Source: Felis catus (lineage: Eukaryota). Taken from it: a stretch of DNA of 64,000 bases. The position numbers and the translations under genes are program-made. Below, piece after piece: positions 38,440 through 50,131 of the stretch (its first letter is position 1; every line of letters starts with the position of its first letter). The stretch lies in the NCBI RefSeq assembly GCF_018350175.1, contig NC_058373.1:105650001-105714000 (forward strand), written 5' to 3'. The notes beneath the pieces are model-generated. The model ran no database searches. It was not told where the DNA came from and was given only the letters and a program-made list of their open reading frames with translations.

Positions 38440-39290
38440 ATATTATATCAGTCAAGGTCCAGTCAAGGGTCAGAAACCACAACCACCTATTTCAGGAGAA
38501 AAGAATTAATATGAAGAATTGACTAGATATTGAAGAACCTAAAAGGCAAAAAATGAACATCAATTATCAGAAAGGTGGCAACTGACAAGAACAGCTGTAG
38601 TCTGGAGGAGCGAAGGGAAGGATTGGAGAATGGGTCCCACGGACTGAAAACCGACCACTGAGGAGGGTGCCATGCTAGTTTGCTTGGGCTGCCATGAAAA
38701 AATAGCACAGACTGGGTGGCCTAAACAACAGGAATTTATTTTCTCAGTTCTGGACACTGGACATCCAGGATCGAGGTGCCAGCAGAGTCATTTTCTAATG
38801 AGGGTTGTCTTCCCGGCTGGCTGATGGCCACCTTCTTGCTGTGTGCTCACGTGGCCATTCCTGAGAGCATGCTAGTGGAGAGAGAGAGAGATTAGGATTC
38901 AGACCCCGACCTTATGACCTTGTTTAACCTTAATTATCTCCTAAAAGCCTAGTCTCTGAATGCAGTCACAATGGGGGTCAGGGCATCAACATATGTGCTT
39001 TGAGTGGACACAGTTCAGCCCATCGTGGGGGTGCCAGCTGGCCTGGCACTCGTGTATGTGAAGTGAGGAGTGAGGAGGCTGGTCCATGAGTGCTGAAAAC
39101 CAGCAAACTGCTCCCGGAGAGAACTGCCAATGCCAAGGTGGAGGAAGCAGAGCTGTGTAACACAGAAAGGGACGGCATCCTTCCTCCTCAAGTCTTCTAG
39201 TCTCCCTCCAGAATCCCCTGGCAAAGCAGAATGGGGTGCGCAAAGCCCCCATCTCCATCAGCACAAAGCAGCCTGTAAAAGGAGAAATTG
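38440..39290 (-). mobile_element. Old LTR (LTR33-like) split by an MLT1 LTR
   Basis: ATCAGTCAAGGTCCAGTCAAGG start; similar sequence resumes after about 39030. Confidence 0.45.
38673..39026 (-). mobile_element. MaLR LTR (MLT1A/B-like)
   Basis: GGGCTGCCAT...ACAGACTGGGTGGCCTAAACAACAGGAATTTATTTTCTCA...GGACACAGTTCAGCCCAT; flanked by GGGTGCCA on both sides. Confidence 0.88.
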
Positions 39291-39329
39291 CCACTGAGAG
39301 GCAAGAGCTAAATGAGAAGTTCAATAGAA

Positions 39330-40045
39330 CTGTGACAGAGATTGCTTGTTGCTTATTTTTAACCTCTCTTCTTCCTTTCATTTCTAGTAATAGAACCCTC
39401 AATTATTAGGAAGGCAAAACTCAGCGAAAGGATGTTTCTCAGCCTTCCTTGCAGCTAGATATGGTCATAGTCATGCGACCATATTTTAACCAATATATGA
39501 AAATGAAAATTTTATGTGGGGGCTTCCAAGAAGTGTTTTGTTTTTATTTATTTTTTATTTTTTTGCTCCTTCTTCCATCCTGCTCAGAGTGTAGATAGGA
39601 TGGCTGGTGCTCTATCAGCCATATTGGACATGAGGACAAGAAGCACTCTCAAGGGGGCACCTGGTAGGCTCAGTCAATTAAGCATCTCTTGATTTCAGCT
39701 CAAGTCATGATCTCCCAGATTCTGAGATCTAGCCTTGCATCAGGCTCCAGGCTGACAGCGCAGAGCTTGCTTGGGATTCTCTTTGCCTCTCCCTCTGTGT
39801 GCGTGCATGTACTCTCTCTTGTTACCCCTCTCTCAAAATAAATAAATAAACATTTAACAAAACAAACAAGAACTACTCTCAAGGATGGCAAAGGAGCTGT
39901 GGACTCTGCAAAGTAACCATGCTCATCCTGGATTGCTAACTTCCAGATTCCTTTTATGTATATGAGAGAGATTAACTTCTATCTTGTTTAAGCTGTTACA
40001 GCTTTTCTCATATATGCAGCCCAAACTAATCCTAAGGCAGATGAC
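39330..40045 (+). mobile_element. Old MaLR LTR (MLT1J-like) interrupted by a SINE
   Basis: CAGCCTTCCTTGCAGCTAG...GATGGCTGGTGCTC...AACTTCTATCTTGTTTAAGC. Confidence 0.75.
39654..39867 (+). mobile_element. Can-SINE
   Basis: TSD AAGAAGCACTCTCAAG / AAGAACTACTCTCAAG. Confidence 0.93.
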
Positions 40046-40138
40046 TCTAGGCTAGCTTGGACAGGTAGATCTATCTTGCTTAAAAGATGGTCATCATTCT
40101 TCAAACTAAAGTTTGAAATTACCCTCATGGAACTTTAA

Positions 40139-40342
40139 TTTGTTTGAATGTTTATTTTTGAGAGAGAGAGAGAGCACGAGCAAGGGAGGGACATAGAGAG
40201 AGGGAAACGCAGAATCCGAAGCAAGGGCCAGGCTCTGAGCTGTCAGTACAGAGCCTGATGCAAGACTCAAACTCACAAACTCCGAGATCATGACCTGAGC
40301 CAAAGTCAGATGCTTAACCCAACTGAGCGACCCAGGTGCCCC
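40139..40342 (-). mobile_element. Can-SINE
   Basis: TSD TCATGG(A/T)ACTTTAA. Confidence 0.93.
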
Positions 40343-40579
40343 ATCATCATGGTACTTTAAATTTTAGTTGGCTTTGTTATTAAAAGAATTACTAAAACAT
40401 CTCTTTATTTAGAATTTAGTTAGATCAGAAATACTTCCATGAGGATTAAGGGAGCATAACAGTCCATAGCTTACAATAGATTTGTTCAGTCAGATTATTT
40501 TTTCCAATGCTAAGCGAAGATCAATTGCTAAGATTTGAAGTATTTTTATAGAAATTGTTTGGGTGCCTTATAAAAATGA

Positions 40580-40785
40580 TACTAATCCTCACATCTGAAG
40601 ATTTGGGTGACTTAGGAAAATTGCTACTAATTCTTACAACAAACCCAAGAAAAGATGTTCTTATCCCCATTTTACATATAAGGAAACTGAGGCCCAGGAA
40701 AGCTAAGTATATAGCTGAGGATCTGCTGTGAGTAATGGTGCTTGGGATTTGAAACAGCCTTTCTCTATACAACTCTGGCACCAAC
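40580..40785 (-). mobile_element. MIR
   Basis: TTATCCCCATTTTACATATAAGGAAACTGAGGCCCAG. Confidence 0.85.
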
Positions 40786-41756
40786 TAGACTAGTTAGAAT
40801 TCAATTATATTATGAATTACATAGACTTGGTGAATGAATATGGGATACTAACCACTATTTATATCATTTATATGGAAAGATAAATTTTAAACCACCAGTT
40901 GGGGCGTGCTCGTTATTATTAGTGGCACAAACATCACCAAAATATTTTTAGTAGAATTTACAGAATATCTGGTTGGTTGTTGAGCAAGAGATGCAGGATG
41001 TACAACTAGAATTTTGAAATCTAAATCAAGCAGGGATCTTTCCATTGCAAGGGTAATGGAAAAATGCTTTAAATGTGTATCCCTAAGCTAAGGTATAACC
41101 AAATCTCCCTTTAGCTGAATTCACCTAACTCAGGCTGGTCTCCCACACAGGCAGTGTGCAGTCGACCCCTGTGGTTCCCACTGTCACCACGGCTCCTCTG
41201 AGCCTCAGCTCACGCTTCCACGTGGCTCGGGCTTTTGAGCTCTCCACCCTGAGACTTTTGGTTTGGGACTTTGCCCCTGGCCTTGGTGGCTCTTTGGCAG
41301 GCCTGGAGGCACTCAACTTGCAGCCACCTTCAACATCCAACATCTTGGGAGATGTGGAAATCTTTGAATCTCATCTGTGCTGCATGCTGGCTTGAAGAAA
41401 TCAGAGGGGACCGTGGGAGGTATCCATTCACTGGCCTAGGCTCTCTCTGCTTAAATACACGGAGCCGTCTTGTCCACTTTGCTGCCACTCTCCTGAATTG
41501 GTGTGAGATGGACTTTGAGTTAGTCCCTTTAGCACCACAGATGGGAAGTGGGGAACAAAACCCTTTAAGCTGGGAGATTTTCAAACTTGCCTGAGAGTCT
41601 TGGTCTGCCCCACCCCAGCAGGGCTTTCAAGGTTGGGGGAGTGGAAGGTAGAGAAGAGGTTGAAGAGCAGGCTGGGAAGTCTCCTCACCAGCATCTCAGA
41701 GCTGATTTCTCTCTCCAGCCTTTTTCCTGCCCAGGAAGTGATCTTGTCCCCCTCCT

Positions 41757-41783
41757 GGGGTAGGGGTGGGGCTGGGGGTGGGG
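41757..41783 (+). other. G-quadruplex-forming motif
   Basis: GGGG-TA-GGGG-T-GGGG-CT-GGGGG-T-GGGG: five tracts of at least 4 G with 1-2-nt loops. Confidence 0.7.
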
Positions 41784-42219
41784 ACACAAGAAACTGCTGT
41801 CAATCCCTGTCCTACATTATTTCCTTCAGGACTTTATGTTCTACCCTAGGCTCTGGCTTACTCTTCCATCAAACCCTTTTAGAAATCCAAACAAAACCAC
41901 TTCTTTCTCGTACTCTTAGCTCTCACAAATCAAAAATGCTTGGGTTTTAGACTATTAAGCCTCCATGACTTAAAAAAAAAAAAATCACTGAGTCAGTGGA
42001 AGTCTTTGTCTGTGTTTGCCCTCCATCCATGCAGCCATAGATGCTCTGGACCCAGCACATGGAGAGCCACAGGGCAACAGGGATAATTTTCAGAAAGGAA
42101 AACCTCTCCTTAAAATCTCTGTGTATTATCTAATTACATATATAACAGAAACCAGCTTAAGCTAGGTTAAAGAGAAAAGAAAGGAATTTATTGGCAGAAA
42201 TCCCCATTGGTTCTTGTAC

Positions 42220-43480
42220 CTTGTCAACTCTTGCTCGTTCTTCCTGTCTCCCTGGATATAATCATTAGGGAGCCCCAGAGCTCTTTCCATTCTCTGTCTG
42301 TGCTCCCTGGAGGATTTCTCTCAGACTCAGACATCTCAAGTCCCACTATACACATACGACTCCCAAATTCATGTCTGTAATTCAGTGCTCTGATTTCAGC
42401 TCCATATTCATACAGCCAACTATCTACTGGATGTGATCCTTGTGGCCAACTCAAACCACTCTCAAATGTGGCATGTCCAAAACCAAAGTCCTGATTTTCC
42501 TTAATCCTCTTCTTTCTCCATGCCCATTAATGACTGTCCCTTCAGTTATCAGACCAAAACCTTACAGCGTTCCCTTCCCCCTCATTAATTCACGACCATT
42601 ACCAAACATTTGCAAATTCTGTGGTCACTCCTGTAGGAACACATCCAGAATCTGCTAGCTCCTCTGTTAATATGTTGGTCCACATCATCATCATATCCAC
42701 CAAAGTATTGCAACTGCCTTCCAGTTGGTCTCCCTTGTCCATCTAGAGTTTATTTACAGTCATCAGGGTGAGCATTCTAAAATGTGATTCCTTTCAGTTA
42801 ATTACTGTGATTGAAGCTCTTTAATTGCCTCCCATCTTGCTCAGAGTAAAATCCAAAATTGTCATCATCACTTTCAAGCTTCCCATGACCTGAGCCCTGG
42901 TCACTGCTCTGACTTATCCCTGGCCCCTTTGTACTCCAGGAAATTCACCTCCTATTTCACAAACACAACAAACAGGCCTTTTGCACTTGCTGTTTCTTCT
43001 ACCTGGTACGCTTTTTCTTCAGACATTTCTATGATTTATTCACTCACTCCCCTTGGATATCTACTCAAATGTCATCTTATAAATATACCTTTCATCTGAA
43101 TTCTTTTTTTTTTTTTTAAGTAGGCTCCACACACAAATGCAGAACTTGAACTCATGATCCTAAGGTCAAGTCCTGAGCTGAGATCAAGAGTCGGACACTT
43201 AACCAACTGAGCCTCCCAGGCACCCCTCATCTGCATTCTTTATAAGATACCAATTTCTTCCCTTGACAGGACACTCCCTATTTTCCTAATCCTGTTTTAT
43301 TAATTTTCCATTTGTTATATTTGTTCATTGTCGGTCTTCTCACCTCTCCCACGATGCCCACCAGAATGTCAGCTTTATGAGGGTGGGAACTTTGTTTTAT
43401 AGTAATGTCATAGTAGTCTCATATTTTTAACATAAGAACTTATCTAGCATTTACTAGATGCTCAACAAATATTTATTAAA
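42220..43480 (+). mobile_element. L2 (about 1.2 kb, 3' portion)
   Basis: GACTCCCAAATTCATGTCT...CATGTCCAAAACCAAA...CTCAGAGTAAAATCCAAA...GCTCAACAAATATTTATTAAAT. Confidence 0.85.
43106..43226 (-). mobile_element. Short-form Can-SINE
   Basis: TTTAAGTAGGCTCCAC...GAGCCTCCCAGGCACCCC; TSD TCATCTG(A/C)ATTCTT. Confidence 0.92.
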
Positions 43481-43509
43481 TAAGAGAAGAAACACACAAG
43501 CAAACAAAT

Positions 43510-44068
43510 TAGGGTATATCAATTAGACACATTGCTTCATGATAGATCACCCCAAACCCTGACTTAAAATGATAAAAAAAAAATTACTTGTACATCTATG
43601 AGTCAGATGGATGGATCTACTGATCTGGGCAAGATTTGGCTAATCTTGGCTGGGCTTGCTCATAAATTTGTGATTAGCCTAGTGGGTCAAATGAGGACTG
43701 GCAGGTCTAGGATATCTTCAATGCCTCATTCACATGTCCAGTGGTTGAGTGGCTCTTGGCTGGGACAAAGGCTGTGAGTGGGTAACATGTCTATTTACCT
43801 TGAAGGCTACACTGAGCTTGTTCTCATAGGAAGCAGGGGAGAAGAAAGAGAGACAGACAGACAAACAGACTGAGGAAGTGTGGAGACTTCTATATAATTT
43901 TTACTACATTCCACTGTTTAATGCAAGTCAGAAGGCCATCCCAGACTCAGGACAGGTTAACTTATTCCAGCACTGAGAGGAGCTGAAATCCCAAGAGTGT
44001 GGCAAGAGTACCGGACAGGGGGAGGGGTGAGAATTGCTGCTATTTACACAAATCATTCTGCCACATAG
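43510..44068 (-). mobile_element. Old MaLR LTR (MLT1G/H-like)
   Basis: TCTTGGCTGGGCTTGCTCAT...GCAAGTCAGAAGGCCATCCCAGACTCA...CTGCCACA. Confidence 0.7.
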
Positions 44069-44757
44069 AGTGTCTTGTGGAATCAAGGAAGACTTTAACA
44101 ACCAGACCTAGGAAGACTTAACATTCACCTATGGAACTTATGGAACCTCTGTCTACATTCTGACATTAAAGTAACTCTGTTTCCAATTCCCAGACTCTGA
44201 ATCTTGCAGTTCAGATTTTAGATTCCCAGGAGAAATAATTGGCCTAACTTGGATCAGGAGTTCCTCTTGGCCCTTCCTTGTCCCAATTCAGACTGACTAG
44301 AAGGAAGGATTAAATTTAGACCCTGTAGATCAAGGGGCAATTCCCAAAGAGGTGGAAATTATCAGGGAAATTAAAGGAGAATCCAAAAAAGATGTATCAC
44401 AACATCTAAATTCAAGTTTTGAAATCCTAAAATTTTAAAGTTATTGCCTTTAAAATATTCAGATATCCAAGAAATACATGGAAGAGATTTCTCTTCGGGA
44501 ACTGTAGCACATATGAATCTGTAAGAGGCACTGAAAATATTTAAATAAATTGAATTAACAAGTAACCAAGGATGGTTCTAGGCTAATATGGTGTAAAAAT
44601 TATAGTATTATTCTATATTTCTCTTACTTTCATTTGGATCTATGTGATATCTTTCTCACGCTTTGTTGAATTTTCCTTCAGTATTGAACTTGGCTGTTGG
44701 CCTCTCTGTGAATTTATGAGACAAAGAAATGAAGAAAACAATAATGAAAGATATTAA

Positions 44758-45236
44758 GTGTCTTAATCTTATATTGCTGGTGTAACAAATTTAAGTGCCT
44801 TAAAATATTTATTTTCTTACAGTCCTGGAGGTCAGAAGTCCAAAATGGGTTTCAGTGGGCTAAAGTCAAGATGTTGCCAGGATCATATTCCTTCTTGAGG
44901 CTCTAAGGGAGAATCCATTTCTTTGCCTTTTTCCAGCTTCTAGAAACCATCTGCATTCCTTGGCTTATGGCCCCTTATTCAAATCACTCCAACCTCCGCT
45001 TCTCTGGTCATCACACACATCTCCTTCTCTGACTCTAATTCTCTTATTCCATCATTCTTTCATTTATAAGGACACTTGTGATTACATTGGACTCACCAAG
45101 ATAATCTCTCCATCTCAAGGTTTTCAACTTAATTAAATTTGCAAAGCCCCTTTTGCTATATGAGGTAACATATTTACAAATGTCCTGGGGATTTGAACCT
45201 GGATATCTTTGGGGGGCCGTTAGTCTTCCTACCACA
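44758..45236 (-). mobile_element. MaLR LTR (MLT1C/D-like)
   Basis: TTACAGTCCTGGAGGTCAGAAGTCCAAAATGGG...AAGGACACTTGTGATTACATTGG...CCTACCACA. Confidence 0.88.
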
Positions 45237-46064
45237 TGAGGTAAATATAAAAACTAGACCAAACCATCTTTGGTCATGTAGATTCCACATTTTTCCAAAT
45301 GTAGGAGGTTCTCACTCTTTATAGAACATTGGAACCTTCGACAAGTAGGGTTCTGCCTATACATATTTAACTGATTGATTTGCCTCCTCAGATAGAAGAC
45401 TAAACTCGAATTTGTGAATTTGATATCATTATGCTATTGCAGAAATAATAACATTTCCAAGTATGTATTCATCATTCAGTAATGGTTGTTAAACCGCTCT
45501 GAACTGTGTGGTTCATAAATTATCCTACAGCATTGGCAGGCAGAACTGCCACTGTTGTCGAGTCTTTAAGACACTTTCATTTTTGGCAGGGTGGTTTTGC
45601 TCTAGCTTTCTTCATTCATCACTGAGAATCATAATTCTTCATAAAATCCTTAACCCTCCATCTGAATCCTCCCAAGAGATCAACTCTACACAAGCTCCTG
45701 GTCAGTGCCGCTGGGCCTCTGTTTCTAGGTCATTATGGTACTCTGTGGGCCCTCAATAATCTTGCAGACAGTTTGTCTGGCTTGAGAATATACATTGCAA
45801 TTTAATTTACATTAAACTGGCCTCCAGGTACTAATGTGGTGCTTAGAGGAATCTTGCTAAACTAGTTGACTTTTCACAGAATACCTGCCTTATACAGAGT
45901 CATGCATTGCAGAGTATCTGGAGAAATTGTTTAGTCCTCCCCAGAGGACTTTGTCCTGCTTTTAAAAATCCATCAGTCCTTTAAAGGACAGCTAGAGTCT
46001 CACTCTTGGAAACGTTTCTGCCAAATACACATTCACCTAATAGGAGTACTTGGCAAGGTTCAAG

Positions 46065-46090
46065 TTCTAATGATTCTGGTCTCCCAAATT

Positions 46091-46141
<51 letters not shown>

Positions 46142-46924
46142 TTTCCCCATACCACCAAGCAATTTTCAGACAGCAGCTAGGTGTCCTATATTCAACTCAA
46201 TTCTGCCACTCTCTACCTGGAAAGTGCCAGATCCCTCAGGTTAAGGGCTCCATCCTAGAAGACTGACCCCCTCCCCTGACTTCATGCCAGTGCAAGTTAT
46301 CACCTGTGATTCTGACTTACTGGCTATAGATAGAAGGTTTCCATAACCCCCTTCTTGGGTTCAATTAATTCCTAGGGCAGCTCACAGGACTCAGAGAAAC
46401 ATTTTACTTACTAGATCACTAATTTATTATAAAAAGAAATAACTTAGGAACAGCCAGATGGAAAAGAAGCATAGGGCAAATCATGGGGAAAGAGTACAGA
46501 GCTCCATGCCCTCTCCAAGTACACCACTCTCCCCAAATTTACTTGTGTTTACCATTCCAGATCGCTCTGAACCCCCATCCTTTTGAGTTTTTATGGAAGC
46601 CTCATCACACAGGCACAACTGATTAAATCATTAGCCATCGGTGACTGAACTCAATCTCTAGCCCCTTTCTCCTCTCCCTGGAGTTGGGGAAGAGGGTATG
46701 AGACTGAAAATCCCAACCCTCTGATCACACAGTTTGTGCCTTTGGTGACCAGACCTCTCCTTAGGGGATCTAGGAAGATTCCCAAAGTTACTCATTAACA
46801 TAACAAAAGGCACCTTCAAAGCTCTTGTCACTTAGGAAATTTCAAGGATTTTAGTAGCTCTATGCAAGAACTGGGATGAAAATCAAATATACATATTTCT
46901 AATTTATAAATCACAATATCACAA
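46065..46924 (-). mobile_element. LTR element (MER21-like) containing (TG)n at 46094-46141
   Basis: GGTGTCCTATATTCAACTCAATTCTG...GGTTAAGGGCTC; terminus ATAAATCACAATATCACA. Confidence 0.8.
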
Positions 46925-47254
46925 GTGTCCAAAGGGAGTGCTTCTCAATCACATTTGATGGTTATGGAGCCAAAAGGCGATATTACAGTTGGGTCCTGGG
47001 AAGATGCTGAGGGCAAGGCCAGGAGAGCAAGTCCAAAGGAAGTTCAATCATCAAGGGGGTTAAGCAAACCATGGACAATAAGATGGCCTGTGAAAAATCA
47101 GGGGATTAAGGACACAGGAAACTAGAAATGAGGAGGAGCTGGCAGGAATGGACAATGAGAGATGATGAATGGACTCTGGAGACAAAGTGCATATTCTTAG
47201 TTAGGTTCACTTTTAATACGCCTATAAGGTTAAGCTATATTCTTTTAAAGAGGC

Positions 47255-47700
47255 TCACATATACACCACAGCATTGCTTATCATGACAAAAACAAATAAA
47301 TAAAAAATGGCTGGTTAAATAAATTATAATCTCTGCGATGGACTCTTCCTCTTGGTAACAGAATAAAGATTTGTATGTGTGGAGATGGAAAGGCCTCCAA
47401 GATATACTATTAAGTGGGAAAAAACAAGGTATAGAGTATGTACATGCAGATAAATGCCTTTTTTTCCCTATGAAAACTATGCAAAAAAAATACTAGAGGT
47501 GGGCACTTCAGGGAGTGATTCTGGGGGTGGAGAAAGAGACTTTCTTGTGTCTTTCTATACTATTTGAACTTTGTGATCATGTATCTATATTTCTTTTGTT
47601 GTTTCTAATATCAGCAATGGTGATCTAGGATAGGATTGTGGATCTTTTTTTTTGTTTCTTGTTTGTACCTCTGTGCTATTTTTTTAACCCAATAAATATT
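47255..47700 (+). mobile_element. Old L1ME-like 3' fragment
   Basis: CAGCATTGCTTAT...ATGGCTGGTTAAATAAATTAT...CCAAGATATACTATTAAGTG. Confidence 0.65.
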
Positions 47701-49079
47701 TTTAGGAAGAAATTATATAAAGGAGCACAGTAAGACAGACATCTCTAAACAGAATTATTCTCCTCCTTTTCTCCACTTTCAAAGCATAATTACCTCTCCT
47801 TTGGGACTTACTTCCTATATTCCATTTTTTTTTTTCACACAACTAGTAAATTCAGGTTCATGACTTGAATTTAGGACTTTCTGACTCTAAAATCTTGAAT
47901 ATATTTCATATCAATTCTAAGTGAAACCCAATGGAATGTTCATGTTCAAGCCTAACTCGCCTTGTAAATTGCTACCTGGTCTTCTTACCCAGGGAAATTC
48001 ATTCATGGAAGAGAATATTTGCACTCATAAAGTTATTTATTTGTTTTATGTTGTCTTTTCTTCATAACTAGATTCTAATCCGTGAACAGGATTATATCTT
48101 CCTTTTCTTTATAAAGTGAATAGCTCCTCATCTATAAATTTGCAGAGTAAACACTCAAACCTATGCTGAAAAAATGAAATGAGATGCATGCACATGTAAA
48201 CAGTAAATGTCCTAAGGTACCAATTATATGATTACTCATAGTTTTCATCTCTGAAGGGCTGCCTGGATCCCTGTTGAGAAGGGTAGGATCAATGAGCATT
48301 GTCTACTGTGGGACTGCCCTGGTTTACAAACCTGTTTGTCTTCATGTAATTTAGCCCTTCTTTTCACTCTCCAAGCATCCTGGTTCAGACAATAAATCAA
48401 ATGATCATCCTAACTATGGGTGTAGGAAAGAGAAGTAGCAGTGTATGTGCAATGTATTTGTCATCCTGTGCTAACGCTTTTACTTCTATAAATATAAGAA
48501 TTCAAAGGACAGGGTCAACTTCTAGGGAGAAGAGTCTGTACACTAGTCATGAGCCATCTGGGCTCTAGTGATGCAGCAGAGATGATAGCAAAGTCTAGCT
48601 AAACCAGTTGGAGTAGAATAGAAATCCATAATATCTATCACAGATACAAAGATCTTGGGCAAAAAGCTGTTAAGATAAATGACCTTCCCTGAAGATGAGA
48701 TTAGGAGTCACTCCAGAACTGGCCAGGATCTCAGCCTACAGATTCCAATCTCTGGGATTCCAGCTGAGAAGTTCTGGGAAGAAAAGTTGCAGAAATGGAG
48801 CATTTATTCTCTAGGGTTTGGGTAGCTGGAGAGATTCAGAACATAGAAGCTTCTAGAACATCAGCAGATATGCTATGACTCAGTCATTAGGACTAGAGAG
48901 GTAACAAGAGTTCACTGATCATTTGCACTCAGATATTCATGGAGAGAACCAACAAGCAATGATTCTGTTTACTATCTCTTCCATAAACCATGGGTAATGA
49001 GATCAGTGATTATTTGCGATGCTGGCTAGCACTGAACATACAAACTGTCCATTGAGTTTCCCTTAGAGTTGATACGCAG

Positions 49080-49315
49080 GATAGTATAAAGGGGAAGAAC
49101 TTTGGATCTGGGGGAGAGACAGACATAGGTCTGAGTCTCAAATCTGCCACTTCTTAGCTGTGAGATGCTAGACAAATAACCCAACCTCAAAGCCTCAACA
49201 TCTTCATCTGGGAAATGGGGAAAATAAGAATGGTGACCAAAAAGTGCTGTTGTGAAGTTTCAATAAGACAGCAGAGAGCCTGGCACATAGCAAGTGCCCA
49301 ATAGATGCCAGTTAT
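49080..49315 (+). mobile_element. MIR
   Basis: TCTGCCACTTCTTAGCTGTGAG...CTTCATCTGGGAAATGGG...CCTGGCACATAGCAAGTGCCCAATAGATG. Confidence 0.85.
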
Positions 49316-49899
49316 GTCACTTATATTAAAGACAATAGTTTCCTTCTGTATTCAGATTGACCAGTGTAGTGTCTTATCTCCACATGACTGGCCCAGAACT
49401 ACTGTCCCCCTCTACTGCATGTGATGTCCCCCTCTACTGCAAGCATGTGGTGTCCTTGGACGTAGCAGCTTCCTTTGTGATCTAAGGCTCTGGTCAGTGG
49501 AGAAGAGCTCAGCACTGCCACACAGCTGGGAAGTGTCCTGGGTATGCATCTAAAGCTGGGAACTGGCCTCAGGGAGAATTGTTTTGGAGATAAAGAAGTT
49601 GCTATTTTGGCTTACTCACAGCAAGGATTCACTGATGGCACAAAAAGAGTGTTTTTTGTCCACTCCTATTGCAGATACATTCCAGCTGTTTTCGGCTGAA
49701 CTGCCCTTGTTCCCCACCCTTAGATAATCCAAATATTTCTCTTAGGTATATCCTTTCTTCTTAAAAAGGAGGAAAAAAAATAAGAAAAGGAAAAGGTGTT
49801 TTCACTCTAGTAAAGAGGACGGGAGAGGTAACTCACCACTCATTTACATCAGTTTTTTCCTCTTTTTCTCTCCCTATACCTCAAAGCTCTGGAAGATAT

Positions 49900-50131
49900 A
49901 CATGATAAAAGCACCCTGTCAACCACGGACACATCCCACAGCCATTTCCCCCTTGTGACAGCTCATAAAATGCTGCATAATAGTTCCTGTGTGAGTATGA
50001 GAAAATACTGAAACAACGTCAAGAGAATCAAGCAAAAGGCAACTGGTCCCCTGGATCCGTCTTCATTGGGTCCCACTGGACAACTTTTTTTGCCGGATGA
50101 ACGGTAGAGGCTGGTAATACCACAGGTGAGT
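49900..50131 (+). promoter_or_regulatory. Candidate TATA-like promoter and non-coding first exon
   Basis: TGATAA (49903), AACCAC (49921), TGACAG (49956) and CATAAAA (49964-70); consensus donor CAG|GTGAGT at 50125/50126; unique sequence with locally retained CpGs. Confidence 0.4.
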
